A stretch of DNA of 63,247 nucleotides, counting the filler, from Octopus bimaculoides (taxonomy: Eukaryota), in NCBI RefSeq assembly GCF_001194135.2. It is 4 parts of 3 records of this genome, joined end to end, with 100 filler letters (N's around TTAATTAATTAA, not from the genome) between each part and the next. Parts side by side here need not be neighbours in the genome. Positions count along the whole stretch, not along the records: positions 41,267 to 62,034 come from NC_068993.1; positions 62,135 to 63,247 come from NC_068997.1; 2 more parts are not named here. One strand, 5' to 3'. A program made the translations under genes and the position numbers. Under the pieces are notes generated by a model that saw nothing but the letters and a program-made list of their open reading frames with translations, was not told the origin of the DNA and did not search any database. Positions within the stretch are counted from its first letter, which is position 1, and every line of letters begins with the position of its first letter. Shown in pieces: positions 51,023-63,247 of the stretch.

Positions 51023-52221
51023 CTGTATCTGTGTGTGTATTTTATATACGTGCATTGTGTGTATATCCGTATTTACTAGTGTGTGTATCCGGGATATGTT
51101 AGATATCGAGGCTGAGATAAATCTGAACAAGTCTGTGTTTATTGTGTAATATGTTGTAATGTAATATCATCAATGCATGTTGTAGAAATTAGCGAAGTTT
51201 TGTTTAGGCAAAGTGTTGAAGATAAGATTTCTATGCTTGTTTGCAGGTTAGTGTACATACATACGTGCACATAGATACGTACAAACATTCATAAATGTAC
51301 GTACGTACATCTGAATGTATGTATATATAGAAGTATAGAAGGGGAGAGAGAGAGAGAGAAAGAGAGTTATAGAAGCACTCTGCTTGAAGTCATTTCAGCT
51401 TAGTCGTCTATAGCAACAGGAAAGGAAGGACTCTGATCAAAAATACAAAGCCTCATCCAAGAGGCATTGAATCCAAAGCGCTATGATTGTGTTTCCAATG
51501 CCGTAACCATCAGGACACTGACGAAAATTCGGACCATACGGTGTGCCGTTAAATTGTTGAGAAAAATTTACCACTAGGAATCAAAAATATTTGGAGAGAC
51601 CCAAATGCGATGTAACAATAACACAGCAGAATCTGATATAAAAGGTGATTTTCTATTTTGTTCAGTTAATTTTGTTTTTGTTTTAAGTCTAACCCAAAGC
51701 CAGCATTCATCCAGAAGACCACTGATCAAAGACTTCCAACGATAACCACTCCTATTTGATTTGAGTATGGATTAACTAGAATTCCGTACACTAATATGTC
51801 CCCTTTTGTTATTTTGTTATTCGGTTCCTGTATTTAATAGCCTGAGCGACTACATAGAGATTTCCTCGTGGGCCGTCACTTTATTATTTCATAAATGTCT
51901 GTGTCGCTGATATAGTATTCGGTTCGAGTAATGCGGTTGAGTCGAAGTGTCATTTCAGTCAAAGCTGTAAATTTCAGAAAGTAAAAGAAGATAATGTTTT
52001 CATATTAACGAGGTTATAAAATTTAACAAACTAACAACCCACCGAACAGTTAAACAACTAAAAGATGTCGGTATTTTGTACCCTGATATTTTTCTCTGTG
52101 ATTGTCAATGTTTTAAGCTATAATCGAGAACACCAGATATCTCGAAGTCGAGATAGGGATAGACAGAGAGAGACGGCCTACGTGTTTTGTGGTGCACTCG
52201 TACATATCTCTGAAGATAACC

Positions 52222-52452
52222 ATTGGGTTGTCTGGAATGTTCGTGCTGATTTATAGTAGCTTGCCTTTCGACTTATTTGCCAGGAAACAACCTCAATTCT
52301 GGGAAGAGGGTATTTTCAAGTTAAAGGAACGATGGAGACGCATTGTGCAACAAAATGGTTCATATTTGGTTGATTAAAAATGGAATGGCAAGTATTTATT
52401 GACCTTTTTCTTTCCTTTAAAAATCGGCACGAACTTTCTGGACAACCCAATA
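52222..52452 (+). mobile_element. Mariner deletion derivative / MITE with both TIRs
   Basis: Left TIR attgggttgtctggaatgttcgtgctgattt and right TIR aaatcggcacgaactttctggacaacccaat(a) are inverted matches. The interior keeps only the transposase C-terminus LFARKQPQFWEEGIFKLKERWRRIVQQNGSYLVD*. Confidence 0.92.
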
Positions 52453-52867
52453 AACTAGCAACTTTACTCTGTGAAACTTGAAATGGCTTATTAATCTAAA
52501 ATTGGCATAAAATCCATAATAGCAGAATCAGGACCCAGTGGGACTCTTGTTAATCATTCAACCCTCTTCCGTTCGGTTTTTCTGATAACCTTTCATTCTG
52601 ATTGCTGCACTTTAAACTTCACAGTGCTACACAGAAGTGAGCGATCTTAACTTGGATTGATAACAGTGCCAGTACTGTGATATTGACAAGCCATTTAGTG
52701 CATGCAGTAGGTACCTAAAGTTAGCTTCAATTGAGTAGCAGTTTATCCAGTGTAGTTTCTTTCTCGTGAATTTAATGTCAATATGTAAACGCTGATTCGC
52801 GAACAATACGCTGTAACGTCTGAATTGTAGAATGGTGTTAGGGCCAGGAGAAGCTGCTAAATTCTTT

Positions 52868-53065
52868 TACCTTTGGCTTCTTTCAGTCATTGGACTGCAG
52901 CCATGCTGGGACACTGCTTTGGAGGATTGTAGCCCAACAAATCGAGCGCAATATATACATTAAAATCTGATACATTTTCTGCAAGTTCCTTTTGTCAAAC
53001 CAATATGCTACGGGAACATGGACAAAACAACACCGGTTGCCACGACGTGGATGGAAGACAAACCC
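52868..53065 (-). mobile_element. SINE family B 3' half
   Basis: ttctttcagtcattggactgcagccatgctgggacactgc..caacaccggttgccacgacgtggatggaagacaaac. Confidence 0.7.
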
Positions 53066-53093
53066 AGATACATGCTCAGACCCGTGCACACAC

Positions 53094-53126
<33 letters not shown>

Positions 53127-53208
53127 CATACATACATAGGTAGATTGATATATATACATATATATATGTGTGTGTGTGTGTGTGTGCGTGTGTGTGTGTA
53201 TATATATA

Positions 53209-53438
53209 TTGTTGTACTTGGGGATGGTCATATTGCCAGTTTAGCCAATAAAAACACACGCACTGTATATTTGGTGTTAATTTGCTTCAGCTTTATATTA
53301 CATTAATCTTAATCTTATTTCGGCCGAAATAAGATTAAGATTAATGTAATATAAAGCTGAAGCAAATTAACACCAAATATACAGTGCGTGTGTTTTTATT
53401 GGCTAAACTGGCAATATGACCATCCCCAAGTACAACAA
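53209..53438. repeat. Perfect 230-bp spacer-less palindrome
   Basis: The 115-bp arms were checked base by base as exact reverse complements. The centre is cgg|ccg at 53323/53324. Confidence 0.97.
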
Positions 53439-55679
53439 CATCTGTTTCAACACACGATTTCACATAAAAAATCTTGCAAAACACACACATATATATATAT
53501 ATATGTATATATACTACCAAACACTAACAGAGAAAGAGAGAGGTAGGGTAGTTTAGCAAATAGCAACTTATAAAATAATGCGAAGAGCAACAGATATAGA
53601 TTTTGTTATCGATGTATATGTTGGTTTTATGTACTAATTAAGTAGTGAAATCAATTGGAAGATGACTTGAAAGAAAGGACGAATGAAAGAGAAATAATTC
53701 TGTTTAAAAATACTTCTAAAGGCATGTTTTTACCCTGAAACAATTGTAAAAGCCAAATAAGAAAAAAATAACTGCAACGGATATTATACCTCACACATTG
53801 TAGAAATATTTTCACACATTGCTTGAATAAAATTAATCTTCCGTTAGTATCGCCGATGGTTAGTCAATGCATCGAGAGAAATTTAGCTGCCCACTGGTTG
53901 ATTTAAGGTGTCTCTGGTTGAGTATATAACGGACACATGCGCTTTTAACTTAATCCGTTGCTTGACATGGTGTCCGACAATGTTGGCCCTTTACATTAGG
54001 GGTACAGTCCTAACAGTCGGCTTCCATAGTTTTCATTAACCCACTTTTATTCCGAAGCCTTGTAATGATAAGAAGTTACGTGTAAAAGACAGCTGAGTCA
54101 AATGTTACGTAAGAGACGGAACCCAGTTCTTCGTGATTGTAAAGTGAACATCTAACTGCTCACCTTTTGTATAGCATGACATACAGAAGTAAAAAAAAAG
54201 TTTTGACAACATACACACACAGATGCAGAGATAATCACCTTCAGAGATATTCTTATACGTAACAGCACAAAATAATATTATGCCGTCTCTCTTACACACA
54301 CAAACAAATATACACGCGTACATACCTACATACCTACATACATACATACATACATACATACATACATACACACAAAGACGGACACACGAGCTGGAAACTT
54401 CACACACATAGCATAGCATATGCATAAACAAACAGACTTAAATNNNNNNNNNNNNNNNNNNNNNNNNNNNNNNNNNNNNNNNNNNNNNNNNNNNNNNNNN
54501 NNNNNNNNNNNNNNNNNNNNNNNNNNNNNNNNNNNNNNNNNNNNNNNNNNNNNNNNNNNNNNNNNNNNNNNNNNNNNNNNNNNNNNNNNNNNNNNNNNNN
54601 NNNNNNNNNNNNNNNNNNNNNNNNNNNNNNNNNGACAACATACACACACAGATGCAGAGATAATCACCTTCAGAGATATTCTTATACGTAACAGCACAAA
54701 ATAATATTATGCCGTCTCTCTTACACACACAAACAAATATACACGCGTACATACCTACATACCTACATACATACATACATACATACATACATACATACAC
54801 ACAAAGACGGACACACGAGCTGGAAACTTCACACACATAGCATAGCATATGCATAAACAAACAGACTTAAATACGTACACTCACACTAAATCCGACTGCT
54901 TAAAGGCCCATACATTTAATATAATAGACGCAGAGACACCTACGTACACACATACAACATACAGAAGCACATACGGATGCACATGCGGATGCACATACAC
55001 ATATACATACATATGCACATACACATACATATACACAGGCGCATCGACAACATATACATACACATCAAAACTCCACATACAAATGGCATTCCGTAACTGA
55101 AGCTGAAGCGTAAATCACACACATACACACAAATAATACACGCACATGCAATGAAATACTCATTCTCATGTAACACACATATATACGCACCACACAAGCA
55201 AACAAGTATATAACAAAGACACAGGCATATATAACATAACATACACAAACACATAAACGCATTCGCACATGCGTATACAATTGCATATACAGAAGCACAC
55301 ACAAGCACACATATAACATGATAGACATACACATGTATAACATGCACACAGACACAAATACGACCTCAGACACACACATATACATATACATATATACATA
55401 CATATACACACAGACAAGCACAAACAGGCACACACATATGTAACGTAGCACACACATACACACATAACATATACGCATTCACTCATATACGCATTCACTC
55501 ATATACACGCACATGTAACGAAACAGATACATCTATTGATGTGATGTAATGTAAAAATAATGAACAGCCAACGGTTAAGAAGAATATTCTTTGAATGTGA
55601 ATTTGGAATTAATAGTTTGTCAGGGAGGTTGTAACTGGCTTTTATTGGCTTTTTCAGAATGCTGAAGAATGTAGATTTG

Positions 55680-56058
<379 letters not shown>

Positions 56059-56948
56059 ACCTAGGTGAGGAAAGTATTTGGTGAAACAATTGTTTAGCTT
56101 TGTTTTCTAATGAAACGTAGAATGACGAATGGTGTAAAAGATAAAAAATTAATCATAGTAATAACAATAAAAATAATAATGTTGATAATAATAATACTGT
56201 CCCATGAGAAATGTCGAGTCAGCAGTCTCGAATCACTGCAAGTTAAAAATACGATTATTGTTCTTGTATACATTCTTAGTAAAAAGCTTGTCTGATCAGA
56301 GCTGCACTTCCTTTTGGAAGAGGACTCTACGTTTCTGATCCACTTGAACATCCGAGTCTAAAGTTGTACACAAAATAGAAAACGGCTCTCCTGTCAGATT
56401 TGTCGCCTTTTTTCTCTTAAGAACCTGATAATCTTAAGTGGTGATGGTTGCTGTTTGTTTGTCTTAGCTCTCGGCAGATATGTCTACTGGCGATTTCTGT
56501 AAGGGCCTTTCCGAGCAAATTTTTATCGGATCTTTCTCTTCCCATTGCACTAGGGAATCTGGTCAGTATGGAGTTCAAGCTGCAAAGTATTATTCCAGAA
56601 CAGGGCTTCCTCTTTTCTTCATACTTCTAGGCTGTTTGAGGTGAACAAAAGATCAACAACGGCCAAAGAAAAAATGACAATTTTCTCTAATCAATAGTTC
56701 CAGAATTCCCTCCAGAGCAAGACCGTTATTCGTATCTACCATGATCTAACAAAAAATCTTTTCAAAATAACAAAGTCTCTTTGTTTCTTACAACAAATTT
56801 ATGATTATCTACAAATGACAGCCGCTTCTTACCGGAATACCAGTTTTGGAGAATCTTTGATTCTAAGGATTGTCTCTCGTTTTCATTTGGAGTTTTTGTC
56901 CGAATTGCCTCAAAGCAACTGTTCTACATTATTTGGAAACGGTAATAG

Positions 56949-57186
56949 TTTCTTATTTCTTCATTGCCCACAGGGGGCTAAACAAAGAAGATACAAACAA
57001 CGACAAACAAAGGGATTAAGTCTATTACATCGACCCCAGTGCGTAACTGGTACTTAATTTATCAACCCCGAGAGGATGAAAGGCAAAGTCGACCTCGGCG
57101 GAATTTGAACTCAGAATGTAACGGCAGACGAAATACCGCTAAGTATTTCGCCCGACGTACTAACGTTTCTGCCAGCTCGCCGCCTT
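56949..57186 (-). mobile_element. Young-looking SINE family A copy with a different 3' tail
   Basis: Minus-strand head aaggcggcgagctggcagaaacgttag..gagttcaaattccgccgaggtcgactttgcctttcatcc. The tail ..aatccctttgtttgtc..tttagccccctgtgggcaatgaagaaataagaaa differs from the other A copies. Confidence 0.92.
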
Positions 57187-57580
57187 GTTTCTATTAATTA
57201 AAATTTTATATTACATGCGATTTAATATACACTTACATCTCTGTATATACATAGGTGTTTATATAAGTATATAAATGAATACATAAATAATAAATATACA
57301 CACACATACATACATAAAAACACACACACATACACACACGCATACGTACATACACACACATACATACAGACATATACACACACATACATACATATATGCA
57401 TACATGTGTGTGGGCGCGTGAAAGTTTTTATCGATGGCACACATTGGATTATGCTAGAGGGCTCTATATTAAACACCCATTTTATCACCTTATAATTATT
57501 TCTAAGATCCAACTGCACATTAAAAGAACAAGTGTATCGAAGGGTCGTAGTGAATTTAATTTTATTTTCTATTATTTTAG

Positions 57581-57657
57581 CTGTCGTCGTTCACCTCTTT
57601 GACAATTTGCGTGAAACATTTATAAGATTAATCCAGATGAAAGACTATTCGCTTGCG
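57581..57657 (+). CDS. Candidate internal coding exon of an unidentified host gene (xVVVHLFDNLRETFIRLIQMKDYSLA)
   Basis: Strong acceptor tttaattttattttctattattttAG and donor gcg|GTAAAT. Only one of three frames is open across the 77 nt, and the peptide has ordinary composition. I do not recognise the protein. Confidence 0.4.
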
Positions 57658-58337
57658 GTAAATTATTGATGGAGTATATATAATGAGCCCTTCATTGTAT
57701 ATATCTATAGATCCTAATTTCATTTATATCTAATATATGTTGGTAAAGCTTTATTCTACTTTTCTTTACATCGATTACTGGGGGAGGAAAAGCTATCCTG
57801 ATGACCTTTAATAGGGTCTATGAGACAGGTGAGCGGAAGTGAGGAAGCTGAATTCAAACCGGAAAACTATCCCAAACGCATGGAACAGAGTAGACTATGC
57901 TAAAAATACCCAAAGTGTCAGCTGCCATGGTTAAAAACTGGAGATGGAACTAGTGTACCAAGTAGATCATGGCTTGATTTGAACTCAAAACAAAAAGAGC
58001 TTGAAATAGGGCGAGCAATTTCACGGAGCGGTCGCTGCCTTACAGCTTGAAAAAACAATGCAATCTCAATTGTCTTACAATTCCGCTAATCCACTTGCAT
58101 TGTTACATTGTCATAAATAACGAAAGTATTCAGTCTCAATGGTGAGTATATATAGCCGAGATAAACTGAATTCATCACAGTCCAATGATGGCTTGGCTGA
58201 CCGAAACTTCAATTCACTTTCAATACCATTCTTGCCAAAGAACAATAGTCTTGTACTTTACAAAAGTATGGAGTGGCCCTACAATAAATGTAAAATTGTG
58301 TTAATTATAACTTAAAATAAAGGCAAAATTATATATA

Positions 58338-58762
58338 TACTCTTTACTCTTTTACTCTTTTACTTGTTTCAATCATTTAACAGCGGCCATGTTACAGCAC
58401 CGCCTTTAGTCGAGCAAATCGATCCCAGGACTTATTCTTTGTAAACCTAGTACTTATTCTATCGGTCTCTTTTGCCGAACAACTAAGTCACAGGGATGTA
58501 AACACACCACCATCGGTTGTCAAGCGATGTTGGGGATACAAACACAGACACACAAACATACACACACACACACACACACACACNNNNNNNNNNATATATA
58601 TATATATATACATACATATATACGACGGGCTTCTTTCAGTTTACGTCTACCAAATCCACTCACAAGACTTTGGTCGGCCCGAGGCTATAATAGAAGACAT
58701 TCACCCAAGGTGACACGCAGTGGGAATGAATCCGGAACCATGTTGGTAAGCACTCCTATATA
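58338..58762 (-). mobile_element. Near full-length SINE family B
   Basis: (ctctttta)n tail, core, internal (CA)n/N/(TA)n, head ending ccggaaccatgttggtaagc. Confidence 0.9.
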
Positions 58763-59404
58763 TATAACAACAGATGTTAGTTTGTTTACGTCTCTTAACG
58801 GTTCGACAAAAGATACGTGGGGAGTAATAACAAACTTTAAAAAACAAGTACAGGGATCAATCTGTTGGACGAACAACAACCTCTCAACACTAAGCCCCAG
58901 CATGGCCGCGCTTCAATAATTAAAGCAAGTAAAGAAAAAAAGATATAAATTTAACTACGCCGTGCTACACATATTCCTTGAAGAGCAGTGGCAAAGTAGA
59001 AACGTTTTCTTACCATTTTAACTTTTAAATCCAGTTTTGATTTAATGGGAATGGTTAACATGGAGGTATCTACAATATATTAATAAAACTCCATTCGTCC
59101 AACCGGTGTTGTTCATGACAAAATAATTACGTTTAATTATTGTATGATAAATTACAGTAAGTTTAATTGATCGCAATAGAAACATAGAATAACAAGTTAA
59201 TTATTTTCTGTGTTTGTGTGTTTGTGTCTGTATGTTTGTTTGTGTGTGTGTGTGTTTCTTTGTCTGTGCGTGTGTGTGCTTGTGTTTGTGTGTGTGTGGA
59301 TAGGTGAGTGGTTGTGTGTGTGTAGGTGTGTTATTTGATTACCATATGTTTGTGTCATTTTTTGTTTTTCGTTTTTCTTGATTCATGCTCGCTGCGGTCC
59401 ACAT

Positions 59405-60110
59405 TTTACTATAATAGGTGTTATGTCTGTCTGTCTCTCCGTGTGTCCGTCTGTCTGTCTCTCCGTGTGTCCGTCTGTCTGACTGACTCCCTTCACGGTC
59501 AAACGGCTGGAGAAATAGTCACGAGGTTTTTCGGGATTACGATGGAGGTAATCAGAAAGGTTTTTAGCGAAAAAAATGTGATAAAGTATGATTATTTTAG
59601 TGGATATTGAGTTTTGTAATAATAAATCACCTTCGATTTTTTTTTGTTTAAATTCCGGTGACGAAGATTAACTCTGGATTCCCCGCCCCGTATAGTTCTT
59701 AAATTTAGAGGGTTTACATTTGCGATACTATCCCTTTATTTCTCATACTATAATGGGCGTTATGTCCATCTGTCTGTCCGTCTGTCCATCTGTCCGTCTG
59801 TCCATCTGTCCGTCTTTTTGCCTGTTCCCACTCCACGGCCAGACGGCTGGATCAATCTTTACGATATTTTTCGGTATTACAAAGACGGTCGTGAGGAAGG
59901 TTTTTAGCATTAAAAATCAGAAAGTGTGATTATTTCGTGGATATCGATTTTTGAATTGATAAACCACCTTAGCATTTTTATTGAAAATGCACCGACCATG
60001 AGGAATTCTGAATTTTCATCACACAGTTCGTTACCGGAGGCCGCACGGACGGTTAATAGAGAAAATAAAATGAAAAAAGTGTATCAGTATATAGTGTGTG
60101 TGAGTATTTA
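59405..60110 (+). mobile_element. Two tandem Helitron/Helentron-like non-autonomous repeats
   Basis: Both copies (about 59407 and 59746) begin tactataat(a/g)gg, then a (GTCT/GTCC)n tract, then acggtcaaacggctgga / acggccagacggctgga..tttttcgg(g/t)attac..aaggtttttagc. This layout is known from DINE-1/Lep1-type elements. Confidence 0.45.
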
Positions 60111-60249
60111 GTGGTAATTGAAGTGTGTCAGTCTCGAGCAGGATTCGAAACGGCTAATCGTAGCGGTTGTTGTTTACATCTCAGTTTTGTCAATCAAAAA
60201 AAAATCCGTTATAGATAGATAGATAGATAGAAATCTGTGTGTGTCTTTC

Positions 60250-60462
60250 AGGTCTGTGTTTGTCCCCCACCACCGCTTGACAACCAGTGTTGGTGAGTTC
60301 ACATCTCTGTAACTAGCGGGTCGGCAAAATAGATCAATAGAATAAGTACCAGGCTTAAAAAGAAAATAAGTAATACTGGGGTCGATTCATTCGACTAAGA
60401 ATCCTACAAGGTAGTGTCCCAACATGGCCGCAGTCTAATAACTGAAACAAGTAAAAGATAAA
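60250..60462 (+). mobile_element. SINE family B 3' half
   Basis: gtgtttgtcccccaccaccgcttgacaaccagtgttgg..aataagtaccaggctt..ctggggtcgattcattcgact..ctgaaacaagtaaaagataa. Confidence 0.85.
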
Positions 60463-61297
60463 ATATTAGTGTAGCCATGAACAAATTGCGACTCGCGGAA
60501 CCTTCTGAATTGCAATCCCAGTTTTATAAGAAAATAACACAAGGATAATCTTTTTAGTAGGGTAGTCCGCCTGCTGATGATCCATGTCTCTTGCAGCCCA
60601 CTTCTTGGAAAATATCGCTCATGTCTTCTTTAGAACAATACATTTTTAACACAGATTACTATGTCGGTAAAGCTGTCCTTCGTAAAGCCAACTGAGATTT
60701 TATCGTGAAGCTAATCCATCTACTGTACGTCTCCATTTGCCTCCATTATTTTACCCCGATATCAGAAATAATGTAGAAAGTCAACAGACCATTAATGCTA
60801 GTCATCAATAGAGCAACCACTTGAACAAAATGCTAAGCAGCATTTCGTCCAACTCATTATATATTGAGCCCAAATGCCACTGAGGCCGGATTCGTACATA
60901 TCTTTCGTGACCGATGGATTAAAGTACCTGACAATTACCGGGTTCAGTGAAACCAATTTCCACCTCGCCTTAAAATTGCTAGCTTTGCGCCAAAATGATA
61001 AAGACTATATAGTACTCTTACTGTCAACAACAAACTAATCAGAGATGACGCTATCGAGACCATTTGATCTTGAAATATTATGAACAAATGTTGGATTTAT
61101 TCTACTTTTAGGGAAATTAGTTTTATCTCGTCAATTCTCTTCACGTGAACCTTCGTCAAACCGAGCGGAGCGGGGAGGAGGAAGACACTGTAAAACATCT
61201 GTAAAAACATCTGTAAAAACATTTGTAAAAAACGCAACGCAAAATGACTTCTTGTACGTTGGGAATTAGTAGAAATTTACAATAGTTTAGACTGGCC

Positions 61298-61318
61298 GAA
61301 GACTTTTGCACGGTACTG

Positions 61319-61320
<2 letters not shown>
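61298..61320. mobile_element. Tc1-like terminal inverted repeat (single end)
   Basis: The reverse complement tacagtaccgtgcaaaagtcttc resembles TACAGTGCC..GCAAAAGT Tc1 ends. No partner TIR was found. Confidence 0.45.
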
Positions 61321-61357
<37 letters not shown>

Positions 61358-61358
61358 C

Positions 61359-61415
<57 letters not shown>

Positions 61416-61619
61416 ATACACAATTATACATATAAATATACACATACATATATATATGTTTATATGTATATATACATATGTTTGTATGCATACTTTGCGT
61501 GTTTGTGAATCCTGATTCTGTCATGTCAAAGACAGAGTGGTTAATTAATATAGGCCTAACTCTGATACCCTGCTTTTAATTACTGTGTTCCCTGCATCAT
61601 ACGGTCTAGGTGGACTCTA

Positions 61620-61770
61620 TTGAGAATTTGCTCTTATACTGCAACCAAGAAACATTTCGTCTCCATCTTGAGCCCTGTACTTCTCAGCCAGCGTTTTGAT
61701 ATTTTCCATTTATACTTCAACATTGTCTCGCTTCCCTACCACATCTCCCAAGTAATAGGCATGGAGGAAC
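61620..61770 (-). mobile_element. Second R4/Dong LINE fragment
   Basis: The minus strand reads RWLRSTGLKMETKCFLVAV*EQIL, the equivalent of WLWVSESDLKQETGALICAAQEQ in the 19-21 kb element. Confidence 0.55.
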
Positions 61771-61981
61771 TTTTCTTGTTACTGATTCGCCATTGCAGTC
61801 TGAAATCAGAATTCTGCTGTTCTTTATTCCCATCACTACCAATACGATAATCATCATCATCACCGTCAATATCATCATCATAACAGCAGCAACACCAGTA
61901 CCAGCACCAGCAGTAAAGGTGGTAGTAGTGGTGCTGATGGTTTTGGTAATACTGCAACTGTTGGCTCTACTACTACTACTG

Positions 61982-62034
<53 letters not shown>

Positions 62035-62134
62035 NNNNNNNNNNNNNNNNNNNNNNNNNNNNNNNNNNNNNNNNNNNNTTAATTAATTAANNNNNNNNNN
62101 NNNNNNNNNNNNNNNNNNNNNNNNNNNNNNNNNN

Positions 62135-62187
<53 letters not shown>

Positions 62188-63247
62188 GTATTTAAAGTTA
62201 CTATTCCAATTCAGAAATAGATGCAAGCAACAGTATTTAAAGAGTTTTCCTTATTGACAATGGTTCACAAAAAAGCAAAACAAATAAAATGAAATTACTA
62301 ATGTTAAAATTACAATATTCTTTACAGTATTAATTTCTTATTTTATTCATAAATAGAATGAACCCTAAACTCTTAGTAGATAAGACTAAATAGAGTTTAG
62401 GCTGCATAAATTTCATGAATCTTCGAAAGAAAAACAAGAAGATCCCACGAACTGGGAACGACTTAACAGCCATCTTTGGCGATACGAAATATTGGTCTTA
62501 TGATGTTTTGATAGCCATAACAGGATTTAACCTCATACCTGGATAGGTGTTCGAGACAGAAAGACATATGTTAAAATAAGACAAACAGTGTGTAGGGGGA
62601 GGGGTGCATGTATGTGTGTATGTGTGTGTGTGCGCGCGTGCACGCACACGCACGTGTGTAATGCAAATGTGATAGAACTAAATTGAACGCATCAATGGAT
62701 GCTTAGTTCTATCGACAAAAAATATAGGATGGTAGATATTCCATGTTTAAAAAATAATTTAATTGGATATATATATATATACCCAAGTTGTTTCAAGCAA
62801 AATTTGAAAACATTAGGAATAAAACCTAATGTCACTGGATATTAAGAAAATTTTCCAGAAACAGAAAACAGCGTATGTTATTCATACGAATAAGTTTCCA
62901 TTAAAAAAAAAAAAAAAGGTGAAGCTTTCCACTCGCCACATAGAAATGATTTACGAATATCTAATGATGAATTTAATAAAATTTGCTTTCGCAATTAATT
63001 TAATGAGATTCGTGGCTTAGGTTAAACTGTTCTTCTTCACTGGGTTGGTTATAAATAGTTCCCACTGGCTTCATAGACAATTTAACAACGAACGGTTGAG
63101 AATAAATCATCTCGGCTCATGGACATGTGAAATAGATGAAAAAAAAAACGGTAAAATAATTGAAAAATTGAAACTGTACAAGTTTTCATAAAACTGTGAA
63201 AAAAAAATGAAAATGTACATGTTTTCAAACATTAAAAAATCTTTTTA

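Noticed and set aside
54205-54872. Exact 239-bp direct duplication (54205-54443 = 54634-54872)
   Set aside because: The identical copies directly flank an N gap, which is the classic unmerged contig overlap. It is an assembly artefact.
61185-61230. Short tandem (aaaacatctgta)x3-4 and other spaced repeats considered as CRISPR-like
   Set aside because: The units are contiguous with no unique spacers, the context is eukaryotic, and there are no cas genes. There is no CRISPR array in the window.

Overview
This is AT-rich, microsatellite-saturated animal genomic DNA from a gapped short-read scaffold, with many N runs. The SINE families, the repeat density and the TE types point to a cephalopod, probably Octopus; this is pattern recognition, not a database result. 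I found no intact protein-coding gene. The long ORFs in the track are read-through of N gaps, di/tri/tetranucleotide repeats or decayed transposons. The window looks like intron or intergenic DNA filled with TE relics. These include four mariner transposase remnants plus a two-TIR mariner MITE, a 5'-truncated R4/Dong LINE with a (TAA)n tail, Tx1/L1 and RTE LINE 3' ends, about 30 tRNA-derived SINE copies in three families, and two Helitron-like non-autonomous repeats. The most notable signals are: (1) four Penelope-type terminal repeats that each carry a minimal hammerhead-ribozyme fold, two with a shared non-canonical CUGUUGA core; (2) a perfect, spacer-less 230-bp palindrome; (3) a 1.1-kb cryptic repeat packed with TGA(C/G)TCA motifs; (4) a fold-back mariner and a closely spaced inverted SINE pair; (5) a few low-confidence exon candidates for an unidentified host gene. 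I do not see a convincing novel multi-gene system. TE boundaries are approximate and were placed by eye.
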